DNA of 64,000 nt from Nitrospirota bacterium (GTDB lineage Bacteria; Nitrospirota; Thermodesulfovibrionia; Thermodesulfovibrionales; UBA9159). Positions 39,774-51,505 of the stretch are shown piece after piece. The stretch spans positions 32,001 to 96,000 of the forward strand of contig CAVOUE010000003.1 of NCBI GenBank assembly GCA_963699545.1, in the 5' to 3' direction. How positions within the stretch are numbered: position 1 is the first letter of the stretch; every line of letters starts with the position of its first letter. The notes under the pieces were generated by a model. The model saw only the letters and a list, made by a program, of their open reading frames with translations. It made no database searches and was not told where the DNA came from. A program made the translations under genes and the position numbers.

Positions 39774-40475
39774 TTGAAATCTTGCTTGATAATTATCCCT
39801 GCATACAATGAAGAAGGGGATATCGCGAGCGTTATCGGGGATGTGAAAGACAGCAACCCCGGGGCCGATATTCTGGTCGTGAACGACGGCTCCACCGACA
39901 CCACATCCGGGATAGCGAGAAAGGCAGGCGTCATGGTGCTGGACATCCCCTTCAATATAGGGTACGGCGGCGCAGTCCAGACAGGTTTCCGGTTCGCTGT
40001 GGAGCGCGGATATGATTTTGTCATTACCATAGACGGCGATGCCCAGCATGACCCGTACTCCGCACGGAATCTGATAGAGGCCATGGAGCGTGAGCAGGCG
40101 GACGTCGTCATAGGGTCCCGTTTTATTGAAGGAACGTACAGGATGGGTGTTATACGGAAGATCGGCGTGCGGCTGTTTTCCCTGATAGCCCGTCTCTATA
40201 CCGGAACGAACTTTACCGACCCCACATCCGGCTTTCAGCTTCTCAACAAAAGGGTTTTCTCCCATCTCTCCAAGGATGATAACTATCCTCTTGATTATCC
40301 GGATGTGAACATCATCATGGCCCTTCATAAGATGAGGGCGAAGGTGGTAGAGGCTCCAGTTACCATGAAGGAAAAACCACGAGGCAAATCGATGCACGCC
40401 GGACTGCGGCCTGTGATATATATTGTGAGGATGTCCCTGGCAATCATTATGGTCCTGGTGCGTAAGGAGGATTAA
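39774..40475 (+). CDS. DPM1-like GT2, probable polyprenyl-phosphate sugar synthase
   Basis: IPAYNEE, VNDGSTD, IDGDAQHDP, GSRF and DPTSGF motifs. Confidence 0.88.
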   Translation: MKSCLIIIPAYNEEGDIASVIGDVKDSNPGADILVVNDGSTDTTSGIARKAGVMVLDIPFNIGYGGAVQTGFRFAVERGYDFVITIDGDAQHDPYSARNLIEAMEREQADVVIGSRFIEGTYRMGVIRKIGVRLFSLIARLYTGTNFTDPTSGFQLLNKRVFSHLSKDDNYPLDYPDVNIIMALHKMRAKVVEAPVTMKEKPRGKSMHAGLRPVIYIVRMSLAIIMVLVRKED

Positions 40476-40477
40476 GA

Positions 40478-40834
40478 ATGACGTTGAGCATACGGCTGTT
40501 CATTTTTATCATGGGTATTTTTTTGTTCATAACGATCCTTGAACTTGCAAGGAGAAGAAGATTCAGGGAGGAACTTTCCATCGTCTGGCTCCTTACCGGT
40601 CTTGGACTGATTCTCAGTTCCTTTGCTGATCTCATCATAGACCCTCTGGCCTTTAAGCTCGGGTTGAGTTATCCGCCGGCGCTGGTTTTTATGATTACCT
40701 TTTTCCTTTTTGTTCTCGTGATCCTTTATTTTTCAGTTGCGGTGTCGGATCTGAAAAGCAGGAACAAGGAATTAAGCCAGAAGATAGCCTTGATGGAATA
40801 TAAACTCGGCACGCTCTATAAGGAAAAAGAGTGA
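40478..40834 (+). CDS. DUF2304-family small membrane protein
   Basis: Three TM segments, LGLSYPP and C-terminal L.QKIAL; the usual partner directly downstream of a DPM1-like GT2. Confidence 0.82.
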   Translation: MTLSIRLFIFIMGIFLFITILELARRRRFREELSIVWLLTGLGLILSSFADLIIDPLAFKLGLSYPPALVFMITFFLFVLVILYFSVAVSDLKSRNKELSQKIALMEYKLGTLYKEKE

Positions 40835-40901
40835 CCGACCTCTCCTGTCAGTAGTCCATGCGTAATGCGATGTGGGCCGATGTGTCGATCGTCACAAAGG
40901 G

Positions 40902-43051
40902 CTATTCCTTCTTGAAACCACCCTTACCCGAGCCGCCTTCTTTCCCTTTCTGGCTCCTCTCCATGAACTCATCGATCTCTTTGTCCTTGGTATAGCCCTT
41001 ATACTTGTCGACGTAATCGGACGTCACTGAACCGGCATCCTGAACGCTCTTGATGACATGGGGCGTCAGAAGCATGATGAGTTCGGCCCGTGTGGTATTG
41101 TCAGTCGTTGTGCCGAACAGATTTCCCAAAGAGGGATCTTGCTCAGATAAGGGATTCCATCCTTTGCTTTCGTGACATCCTCCCTTATGAGCCCTGCAAT
41201 AACGATCGTCTCACCGTCCTGAGCCACAAGGTTCGTGGTGGCCTCCGTCTTGTTGATCGACGCAAAGGCCTCTCCGGCGATGTTGACGTCCGCCCCCTGA
41301 GATGAAACCTCCTGGGTGACTTCGAGAGAGATCAGCCCGCTGTCATTTATCTGCGGCTTCACTTTCAATATAATCCCTATATCTTTATACTGGATCGTAG
41401 AGGTAGTTGTATTCGTTATTGTAGTACCGCTGGATAATGGCGAGGTCGTAGAGGAAGTTGCAAGGGGGATCTGTTGCCCTACCTGAATCTTCGCCTCACG
41501 GTTATCCAACACCAGGATGTGCGGCGCCGCAAGGATCTTGGCCTTTGACTCCTGAGCAAGGGCTGTGATGACCGCCCTGATCCTGTTCTTTGAGTCGGTC
41601 CCTACGAAGGTAAACCCCTGGGCGGGCAATTTTGTCGTGTCGAGCCCCTGGGGATTGACCGCTATATCTCCTGCAAGATTGATCGGGTTTACAAAAGGCT
41701 TTATGCCCGATATATTCACATCGGTACTGAACGCCCATGAGAACCCGAAGCTCAGGTTGTCGGTGATATCCACCCTGGCAAGCAGGGCCTCGATGACCAC
41801 CTGCCTGGGCAGTACATCGATCTTCTTTATCGTCTCCTCAATGAAGGCATAATCAGCGGGCGTCGAGAGGATCACCAGAGTATTGTTGTTTTCATCGGCA
41901 AAGATGCGGGTATCGGGTGAGACGAGAAATCCGCTTCCTCCGGAAACTGTGGAACCCGTCCTGGCAGGCTGAGGGGCAGGTTGAGATGCAGCCGGAGCCG
42001 TACCTCCGGCCGCTGCCGCTGCCGGCCTTGGCGCTGCTGGCACCGGAGCTGTGGAGACTCCGCCGCCCCCTCCAAGAATGGACTGGAGTATTGACGACAC
42101 AGGGCCTGCCTTGCTGTTCTGGAGGGGATACACCATGACCTTTGGTCTCGCCTCCGCGAACATACCGTCAAATGCTCCCACCCATCTTCTGATGTACTCC
42201 ATCTGTTCTTTTGTTGAGGTAATAGCCAGCAGGGCGTTGAGACGCTGTATGGGCAGTACCTTGACGGTTCCTCCCTGCACATTGAGCCCGATGGCGTTCT
42301 CGATATCCGGCAGGGCTTCCTTAAGATTCACATTCTTGAACGCGAAGAGTTCAAGCGCCACCTTGCCGGGATCCTTGCCCACCTGGGAATATACAAGCTC
42401 CTTGGAAACCTCGGTCAAAGGAACGATCCGGTACATCCCCTTCTCTTCAACAAAGCCTATGCCGTTTATTCTCAGGATCGTTTCCATCACCGGCAGCACT
42501 TCTTCCCTGGGAATAGGCGTGACCGTCCTGAAGTTCACCTTGCCTTTGACCTTGGCGTCGATAAGATAGTTCACCTTGAGGATGTCGCCGAATACCGTCT
42601 GAACTACTTCAAAGATGTCGGCATCATCGAAGAAGAAGCTCACCGGACCGCCTCCCAGCTGCTGGCGGGGCGCCTGCTTCGCCGCCTGTCCCCTTTTGGG
42701 TCCACCAGGTGCCGTCTGCTTTAGCTCAGGCTTCCCCGGTCCTTCCGGTTTGGTTCCCGGCGGGGGTAATTTCTCTGCTGCCGGCGGCGCACCTTCAGAT
42801 GGTCCGGGAGGCATCGCCTCGGCCGGCTTGACCTCATCCGGTTTCATCTCCGGCCTTTCCAAGGGAACTCCCTCTGTCGGAGGGGGAGCCGACTGCTGAG
42901 CCTGAGCAAACAATCCTGCATCCTGGGCGGAAGGCTTCAAAACAGGCTTCACACCGGCGACCGCGTCTGTATCAAGAGAAGGAATGACACATAGTGATGC
43001 AAGGACCGAGGCCAAAAGAAATGCTGTACGCACACCGCGCAACGTCTTCAA
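40902..43051 (-). CDS. gspD: type II secretion secretin GspD (frameshift near 41128)
   Basis: N0 domain (FFDDADI.EV...GKVNF), IDVLPRQVVIEA, APHILVLDNREAKIQVG, QYKDIGIILKVKPQIN and DGETIVIAGLI. Adding one T gives SKIPLLGNLF...ELIMLLTPHVI. Confidence 0.92.
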
Positions 43052-43312
43052 AAATATCTCCTTTAACCTGAAATTACTTAATTTCTAACATACCTTCATT
43101 AACAGAGGATTGTCAAGGCTGGCGGGGTACACACATTATCTGAGAATACGTGAAGCAGTAATTGGCGAATCGGAAAGCAATCCTGTGCATACCGGAGAGC
43201 GGACACTTCAAACAGACCATCAAGGTATCGGTGATCAGGAACCTCGTGAGCGACGGACTAATCAAGGGATACTTCTTGATGAATGAAGTTACTCTATGTC
43301 TCATCGCTGATG

Positions 43313-44521
43313 TCATAACAGGGAATTATATAACCTGAAATGATCCTCGACCATTTCATCAACGGTCTTTAGCCTCTTTCGCGCCTCTGTGACCCTTTCG
43401 TTCAGAAACGTGACGACTTCGGGCTGCCGTCGTATGTCCTCGGTTATTTCGAGAAGCCTCGGCAAGGGATCTTCCACCGGTACAAGAAATCCCACCGTTT
43501 CCCTCGCAACCCTTTCCCTCAATGCACCTCCATCTGTTGCAATGACCGGAACACTGCTCGCAATTGCCTCGGACAGAGTGTAGGAAAAAGTCTCCGGCCA
43601 GTTGGAGAGGAGCAGGATAAGATCAGGGTCGGCTCCGTGTATCTTTTTCACCACATCATTTCTCGTATATCCGCCTATGACGCTAAGATTCTTATAGGAG
43701 GGCACTAAAGAAGGGTCAAAAATATTTCCTATGATGCTAAAAGTAACCTTATCTGAATTCTTATAATGTTTTATGAGTTTCAAAAAGGTCATATTTCCTT
43801 TGTAATGGAGAAAGTTCCCAAGGAAGGCCAAATGCAGTGCGCCATCTCTTTTAGCTGTCGCATGTTCCCTCTCTCCCTTCAGAAGTTCCTTGTCAATTCC
43901 CAGCTCTATAACCAGGCACTTATCTTGCGACAACCCCGCGTACAGGTTTAACAGAACATCTCTCACATAAGAGGACGGCACAATGACCCTTTCAACCAAA
44001 TGGAAAAGATAATCTATATAATTGCGCCTCTCTCTCATGAAACCTTTCTGAACCTTGTAGTCGTTTTTCGTAAGACATTCGTAGCACTTATCTTCATCCC
44101 TTTCAAACCAGCAAAAATTAGGGGCAAGCATGACACAATTTATACACCAGGAATAATATTCGTGAAGCGTTATGAAAACCTTCTTTTTCCTCTCTTTTGC
44201 TATTTCTATGAGTGACAAAGGAAGGGTCCTTATGCTTTGAAAATGAACTATATCCACATCGATGTCATTGAGAACTTTTTCAAACATGAGTTCACTGGTG
44301 GAATCCCGGAGCCTGTGGTCGTCCAGACGGCCGCCCATATACTCGACTTCTTGGATCCTATAATCCGCATATCGCCTCAGTTTCAAACAGTTCGTCTCAG
44401 GAAAGAGTACGTAGACGGGATATCTTTTCCTGACAAAGACATTCAGTATATCCAGAAGGTGGTACTCTATTCCCCCGGGATAACCGTCAGGTTTTTGGTC
44501 TATTACATAGAGTATCTTCAT
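43313..44521 (-). CDS. glycosyltransferase family 4
   Basis: GGIE, TLHEYYSWC, KG and WPETFSYTLSEA motifs. Confidence 0.88.
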   Translation of the reverse strand: MKILYVIDQKPDGYPGGIEYHLLDILNVFVRKRYPVYVLFPETNCLKLRRYADYRIQEVEYMGGRLDDHRLRDSTSELMFEKVLNDIDVDIVHFQSIRTLPLSLIEIAKERKKKVFITLHEYYSWCINCVMLAPNFCWFERDEDKCYECLTKNDYKVQKGFMRERRNYIDYLFHLVERVIVPSSYVRDVLLNLYAGLSQDKCLVIELGIDKELLKGEREHATAKRDGALHLAFLGNFLHYKGNMTFLKLIKHYKNSDKVTFSIIGNIFDPSLVPSYKNLSVIGGYTRNDVVKKIHGADPDLILLLSNWPETFSYTLSEAIASSVPVIATDGGALRERVARETVGFLVPVEDPLPRLLEITEDIRRQPEVVTFLNERVTEARKRLKTVDEMVEDHFRLYNSLL

Positions 44522-46634
44522 CGTTATTCTCCAGCAATCTAATCCTCAAATTGATATATCGGTGAATGGGATCGAGACTATCCCGCAGGGCCTTCTCCAC
44601 AAGATTCGTATATTCTGGATGTAGGGTCTTCAGCGTCTCTAAGTTTCTCTCGATCATCAGGTTCTTCTCTCTTAAAATCTTCGGGTCTTTAATCGATTCG
44701 AATGATACCCCCCCTACATGGTAGATATAGGTTGCGTCGTCAAGCACATGTAAGAACCCCTTTTTCAATGCCCTCATACAGAAATCTGTTTCTTCGGCAT
44801 ACCCTTTTTCAAACCGTGTTTCATCAAAATAGCCGAGTTGTTCCAGAATGTCCCGCTTTATATACATGCAAAACCCGACACCTGCAGGAACTTCAGGATA
44901 ATAGCGCAAAGAAATCTTCTCCACAAACTCTGAAAAGGCTTCCACTTCCATTCCGCCGGGGATGGTGTTGTATCGAAAGGGCTTGGGTATGCCATTGATG
45001 GTTACGTAATTTGACAGGGGAGTTGCGGTAGCAATCCGCAGTTTAGAATATGCAGCCCGCTGAAGTTTCTCCACCCAGTTTCGCGTGACAAGCGTATCCG
45101 AGTTCAGTATTACTACATCCTCCGGTGATAGTTTCATACCCTTGTTTATCGTTTTCACAAAGCCCAGATTATCAGTGTTAAAAAGCATCTCAACCTTCCT
45201 GCCATTGAGCCCTTCTTTGAACCTTTGAAGGTATGCCGTGACCCTCTCGTCAGTGCTTTTGTCGTCTATAATGACGAGTGTATGGGTGGTAAGGTCTGTG
45301 TTGCGAACTATGCTTCCAACACAATCTCTGAGACACTCATATCCATTATATACCGGCATGATGATATGCACCGGCTTCTGAGTAAAGCCGCATACTTCGG
45401 GGATATTTGGCTCTCTCCTGACATTCACCGTCTCGATTCTCTTTAGCTTTCCCTTACATTTCAAGTAACCTATCTTAAAGCGTACCTTTTGGATCTTTCT
45501 TTTTGCCCGATATGAAAGCCCTTTTACCCCTTCTTGCTGGATAACTTTGATACTTTTCAAAAGCATCTCATAAAAGATCCTTCTCTTTGATCCTACCGGG
45601 GCTGCCTTATCTTTAAAGGTTCTGTAGCGTTCTATCAATTTCCAACTAACGCTGTTTGATAGCTCTCTCAGATAATGCTGAAGACCCAATAACTCATCGA
45701 GCAACCTATCTTTTTCGTGCTCGATCTGCTGCTTTTCGGTCCTCATCACCCTATTTTCGCTCTCTATCAACTTAAGTTTTTCTACGAGTCCCTTCATTTC
45801 AGTCGAACTGGCGGATTCTTTTTGTATAAGTTCATTGATGAGCTTCATCCTCTCCGTCGTGCTATTTACGCAGTAGGTATATATCGCTGATGAGGTAATC
45901 TTGTTGATATTTTGATCTAATACCTTCTTGTAGGCCACCTGGCTGAAGTTTTCTGATAAGGCCCTCCTGTTGATTTGAGATTTATCACACCACTGGATAT
46001 AACGCGCCGTCACCATGTTGATGTGTTCAAACCAATATTGTTCAGACAATGTGATGAGGAGCTTCCAGTCTTCAAAGATTTCAAAACTCTCATCAAACCT
46101 TACTTCGTCAAATACCGATCTATCAAAGAGGAAACACATAAGGGGGATATAGTTCTGGATCAAGAGCATCTCACGCGAAAATTCCTGTGAATAGATCACA
46201 TACTTGAACCTCTCGACCATTTCATCTTCTCCCGCCAGGTCAAGAAAGACCACCTCCGCTTCTGTGTAAGCAATCCTTAACGTCGAGTTTTTGAGTTTTG
46301 CCGTGAGAATCTTAAGATGTTCCGGGTAGAATTCATCGTCGTCATCCAGAAATCCAATATATTCACCCCTCGCATGCTCCAAGCCAACATTCCCCGCATG
46401 TGCCCTGCCCGTGTTCTTTTCGAGCCTTCTGTAGTTAAGTGATACATCTCCAAGAATTCCCTTCAGTTCTTCAACGTCGAGTTCACAGCCCCCGTCGTTC
46501 ACAAGGACGACTTCGATGGGCCTGTAGGTCTGCGCTGCAATGCTCTTCAGAGCATTCTTTAGCAGTTTCGGCCGGTCTTTCGTCCTGACGATTATGGAGA
46601 CCAAAGGAGAATGTTCGCTCCGATCAACGCTCAT
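44487..46634 (-). CDS. two-domain GT2 glycosyltransferase with a central coiled coil
   Basis: GT2 (VNDGG, FLDDDD, EDW), a heptad-rich linker ending SVSWKL, and a second GT2 (PVYN, DDKS, LNSD, EETD). Confidence 0.9.
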   Translation of the reverse strand: MSVDRSEHSPLVSIIVRTKDRPKLLKNALKSIAAQTYRPIEVVLVNDGGCELDVEELKGILGDVSLNYRRLEKNTGRAHAGNVGLEHARGEYIGFLDDDDEFYPEHLKILTAKLKNSTLRIAYTEAEVVFLDLAGEDEMVERFKYVIYSQEFSREMLLIQNYIPLMCFLFDRSVFDEVRFDESFEIFEDWKLLITLSEQYWFEHINMVTARYIQWCDKSQINRRALSENFSQVAYKKVLDQNINKITSSAIYTYCVNSTTERMKLINELIQKESASSTEMKGLVEKLKLIESENRVMRTEKQQIEHEKDRLLDELLGLQHYLRELSNSVSWKLIERYRTFKDKAAPVGSKRRIFYEMLLKSIKVIQQEGVKGLSYRAKRKIQKVRFKIGYLKCKGKLKRIETVNVRREPNIPEVCGFTQKPVHIIMPVYNGYECLRDCVGSIVRNTDLTTHTLVIIDDKSTDERVTAYLQRFKEGLNGRKVEMLFNTDNLGFVKTINKGMKLSPEDVVILNSDTLVTRNWVEKLQRAAYSKLRIATATPLSNYVTINGIPKPFRYNTIPGGMEVEAFSEFVEKISLRYYPEVPAGVGFCMYIKRDILEQLGYFDETRFEKGYAEETDFCMRALKKGFLHVLDDATYIYHVGGVSFESIKDPKILREKNLMIERNLETLKTLHPEYTNLVEKALRDSLDPIHRYINLRIRLLENNDEDTLCNRPKT

Positions 46635-46749
46635 TTGGGCATTCGCCACGTCTGAACCCCTTTGTCCTCGAACTGGAAATCGATGACCTGCCCCCCAAGC
46701 TGCTCAAGTCGCTCAGCAACCGTATGTTCTCCTGTCAAACCGGCAGTAA
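46447..46749. repeat. ~300-bp direct repeat copy A (orphan hddA 3' end + GT2 5' end)
   Basis: High identity to 51202-51505 by eye, including about 115 bp of hddA C-terminal coding sequence with no upstream hddA. Confidence 0.92.
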
Positions 46750-46877
46750 GTCACTGCCTCTTTTCTCGTCAGGCCAAGGATTTCTATATATTTTTTCGCA
46801 GTATAAAGGTGGGGAGTGGACTTTCTGATTTGCAATAGTTTTTTGTGAACGCGTTACTGTAACAGTAAAGAATACGT

Positions 46878-49800
46878 TCACTTCCTCGCAAGTGCTTGCC
46901 TTTTATCATTTAGGCCGAAGTAGCTTATCAAATAATCCTTATAAGAGGAAACCTTATCTCTCGCTTCTACCGAAACGTTAAAATTATTCATTACATATTC
47001 CTGCATTCTCATCACTTCATTAAAATGCAGCTCTTTATCTTCTGATTTCGTTACACCCTTGTCATGCCTTCGATGGGAATTTAATGGGTGAGACACATAC
47101 GCAATTCTGCCCTGTCTAAGAAGCCAGACATAGAAAAACCAATCTCCGGCAATCCTGAAGTTAACTATTTCACCTGCAATGGGTGAGATATCGACCTTTT
47201 TGAATACAACGGCAGAAACGTTCGGTATGGAATTCTTGACAGCAAGCGTATCTGATATCTCATGCATGCCGTCTCGTATATAGTCTCTATACCATTTCTC
47301 CCTATCGATGTCGTTCGTATATTCACAATAGTTTCCCGCCAATATCTCTCCGTTCTCATTGATCTGTTTGGATTGACAGTATGCCAACACCACGTCCTTA
47401 TCCTTTTCGAAACAAGACAGGAGTTCTTCAAGAAACGTATTCTCGCACAAGTCGTCCGCCTCTGCAATCCAGAGGTAATCACCCCTGGCCACCTGCATAC
47501 CCATCACCCACTGTTTAAAAGCAGACCCGGAGTTCGTTTGATTCTTTATTAACTGCACATTCAGTGCTCTATCGAGATAGCCTTCGGCGGTTTTTACGCT
47601 GTCGTCGGTCGAGGCATCATCGAGTATGATGATCTCATAGAGAGGGTAAGTCTGATTGAGTACGCTCTCGATCCTTGATTTCAGATACTTCTCATAATTA
47701 TAGTTGGGGATTATCACACTGACCTTCTTAAATTCATGACCTAAGAGGGCAAGAAGTCTGTACACATAATCGGTAAAATTAAATTTTTCTTCGATCAATT
47801 TCTGAGCATGACCCTCCAGAATTTTTCTTCTTTGAGTGTCAGCCAGCAAACTGAGGATTTCTCTTGCCATCGCGGTTACATCCAGGTAGGGAACCAGTGC
47901 CCCGGTATCAGCGTTCACAATATCCTTGAAGCCTCCTGCGTCATTAAATCCTATAACAGGCAGTCCGACATCCATTGCCTCTAAGATGACTGCAGGGAAA
48001 GGGTCTTCCCTGGAAGTTGAGAGAAAGATGTCGGCACCCGCATAAAAGGAATCGACATCCTTCAGAGCACTTTGGAAAATGATATTCCTGTTGGATTTAG
48101 CTTCGCGCTCAACCATCTTTCTCATTTCACCGTGAAGATTGCCCACCCACATAAAATAAACATCATCATGCTCTCTCGTGACCATCTTTGCGACTTCAAC
48201 AAAGAGATCAACCCCTTTCCTGTGATCACCAAATCCCACCCCCAATACGATATGAGCACTTTCCGGCAGGGAAAAACGCTCCCGAAGCTCTTTTCTCGCT
48301 TCATTTTTTCTGCGCCTATACCTGTTACCCTTATATAACCCCTGCGGTAAAATCACTGTCTTTCCGTCCTCCATCTTTGTTATCTCCCTGAATCTCTCTC
48401 TCACAAAAACAGACGGAAATACTACTCTCTCTGAGCACTTGGACAAGAGCCTCGCGTTTTTCTCAAGTCTCATTTTCTTGATGATATCCGGCAATTCATG
48501 CACCAGGGTTATCGTACGTATCCCTTTTTCGTAGAAGAGTTCGGCGAGGTCCCCGCTTGCCACCGTATTACAAATCGCCTCTCGAATACCTGTGTTGTAG
48601 AGATAGTCCACGAGTTCTTCTCTTTCTTTCAGGGTCGCATAATCTCTCTCCAAATTATATACAGGCCCGTACTTTGCGTACTCAGGCTCTAATTCTCCTC
48701 CTGATTTCAACAAGAAATGCACCTCGTAATTGAATTTGATTTTTAGGACCTTCAATATGCTCAGAGAAAGAAGTTGAGCGCCGTGAAAGTGTGCATCATG
48801 ACAAACATAAAGAATTCTCTTCCGCTTCTCTTCGCCGCTGTATTCGATAAGAGCATCCGCAACAGCCTGAAGGTATGCGTACCCATATCTCCTGTCCGGT
48901 TCCAGGTATGCTCCCTCGGCCCATTCGTTCCAGGCATTGATAAAAATTATTCGTTCGTCTGGCTCGAAATTTGTCCGCGTGAAACGGCAAAGAATCTTAA
49001 GCCACTGCTTAAAGATGTCGGGGGTGGAATTCATCAGGACCGTGCCTCTTCCCGGCTTTCTCGCTTCGTTGTCCCAGCTCGGACATATTCCTCGAAACTT
49101 CTTGTACGGGGGTTTAATGTAATTCTTGCTAAACTCGACGGCATTCCTGTAATCCAATAAGACCCCATTAAAGTTCGGATTGGTGATCTTGAACTGATCT
49201 GCAATATCGCTCAGAGGAAAGGTATTCGGCGGGAAGTCTATGACGGCATCAAAGCCGATACCCTCGGGGTCTACGTGCTCGAAAGAATGGGTCGCCATCA
49301 GGTAGATTTCACCAACTCCATTCTTGAGACACCATTCTCTCCATCGCGCAACTGTTTCTTTTGGAGTCGGCAACAAGGCGGGTCTGTAGACAATCAACAG
49401 GGGCCTCGAGTTTATCCTTATGTAATGCTTATTCTTCAAATACACCGAGACGTACTTGATAAATTCGATATCGTCCTCGGGTGAGTGCTTCTGAGCCATC
49501 AAGATCTCGTTCTCTTTGCCATCCCATCTTCTGGTCCAATTCTCATTGGCCCAGTTCAGACAAAAGGGAAAGTCAAAGTTTTCCACGTATTCCTTCAAGG
49601 GCCTTTCAAGCAAGGTTCTCCCGTTGAACCAATAGAAATGAAAACAGAAACCGTAAATACCATACTGTTTCGCCAACTCAACCTGCCGTTTCTGCACTTC
49701 GGGAACCCGTAAATCGTAAAAACCAAGCTCTCCGGGCAGACGCGGTTGATAATGCCCGATGAACTGCGGAACTGCCCTCGCAACATTCGTCCACTCAGTG

Positions 49801-51390
49801 AATCCCTTACCCCACCACTCATCATTTTCCGGGATTGGATGAAACTGCGGAAGATAAAAAGCGATAAGCTTAATGTCGGTCTCCGGTATCGCCGGATATG
49901 CAAGGGGAACATGATCTTCAATTTTATTCGTGTTCATTTCAAACAAAAAGCTGAAATAATCCTTGCTCTCCAGCTTTGCATGAAGGCCAGGCTTGGCTTG
50001 TTTCCTTATAGGGGCCTTCCTGTACGTGACCTCATCAGAGAGTTTTTGTTCTATTTTCTTCCCCAGGGTCAGCGGGTCACTTGTTTTCAGATAATAGAGG
50101 AATTTATTGAAATTTGTCCTTGTAAGGTTTATGAAAACCTCTTTTGGGTTTGCCGTCATTATACGAAGCAATCTCGCAAAGAGTCCTCTCTTTGTTCCCA
50201 CAGGCAACAGCCGCCCTCTCACCCTCACCCACCGATTCGGGAGACTCGGCATGTGACCTGACTGAGAAGACTGGTGAGTTGTTTCCCTCTCCTTCGAATC
50301 ATTTTCAGGCATCGCTGTCCGCTGGTCTCTTTCTCTCACTGAGGACCTGATGTTGTCGTTCTTCTTATTCGGATCCTTCGGGAATCCGCGAGAGTTCTCA
50401 GCGGCAAGAAATAACCGCCCAACAAACCGTCTTCTTCTCGAACTAAGAGGAAGCAGCTTATCCCTTATCCTGTAATAGGCCGATAACGCCTTCCATCCCC
50501 GAGACTGATAGATATCATTTAATACTGCTTCCTTTTCTGCCAAGGCTGCTTCTCTTTCTGCAAGGAGGTCCTCAATGACTTTTATATACAGCCCTTTGTA
50601 CTTATCGGCAAGATGAGAATTATAACTGAGAATCCGTTTTGCGGAAACCTTATTGATATGCTTGGATATCACCTTCATGTAGGCCTGCTCGAGGAAATCG
50701 TGATTCTTATTGCCTTGTGCTATTTGAAGCTCAGCGTCCCACTGATTATAGTTCGCTGTCGTTTGCTTTATGTGATCGAACGCGTGTTTTTCCCCAATCC
50801 GTATGAGAAGGTCCCAGTCTTCATAAATGTCAAGATCGCTGTCAAATCCACCGGAGTTAATCAAGACGTCCCTGTCGAATAACAGACACATAAAGGGAAT
50901 GTAATTTTCGAAAATCAGGTGGTCGTAATTAAAATCCTGAGAAAACACCATTTCTTTCTTAATGTCTACCAATTCTCCTGTTGCCGCATTATGTTCTTTA
51001 TAGGCCATAAAAGAATCGGTATAGGCCACCTTATAATTGCCCTCTTTCAGGAATGAAACGAGAATGGGAACATGCCCGGGATAAAACTCATCATCGTCAT
51101 CCAGGAATCCTATGAATTCACCCCGTGCATTCTCTATTCCCACATTCCCGGCACGGGCCCTCCCTCTGTTCTCTTCAAGTCTCGTATAATTAAGAACCCT
51201 GTCTCCAAGAATTCCTTTCAGTCCTTCGACGTCGAGTTCACAGCCCCCGTCGTTCACAAGGACGACTTCGATGGGCCTGTAGGTCTGCGCTGCAATGCTC
51301 TTTAAAGCATTTCTTAACAGTTTCGGCCTGTCTTTCGTCCTGACGATTATGGAGAACCAAAGGAGAATGTTCGCTCCGATCGACGCTCAT
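46878..51390 (-). CDS. multidomain glycosyltransferase (~1500 aa): GT2 + WbsX/GH99-like + GT4 + GT2 (frameshift at 51351-51357)
   Basis: AFYLPQFHPIPENDEWWGKGFTEW and INAWNEWAEG (WbsX-like); SREDPFP..ILEAM (GT4); terminal IPNYN/DDAS/AEADD (GT2). The true 5' end MSVDRSEHSPLVSII is restored by comparison with the duplicate at 46634. Confidence 0.88.
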
Positions 51391-51505
51391 TTGGGCATTC
51401 GCCACGTCTGAACCCCTTGTTCCTCAAACTGGAAATCGATGATCTGCCCCCCAAGCTGCTCAAGCCGCTCAGCAACCTTATGTTCTCCTGTCAAACCGGC
51501 AGTAA
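51202..51505. repeat. ~300-bp direct repeat copy B (native hddA/GT junction)
   Basis: Matches 46447-46749, with one extra A at 51351-51357. Confidence 0.92.

Noticed and set aside
43113-43316. 67-aa ORF between gspD and GT4
   Set aside because: No recognisable motif; it overlaps the probable gspD promoter region.
46726-46732. Shared hddA frameshift in both repeat copies as proof of a real ancestral mutation
   Set aside because: Both copies contain the error-prone GGAGAC motif, so an independent systematic error explains the sharing.
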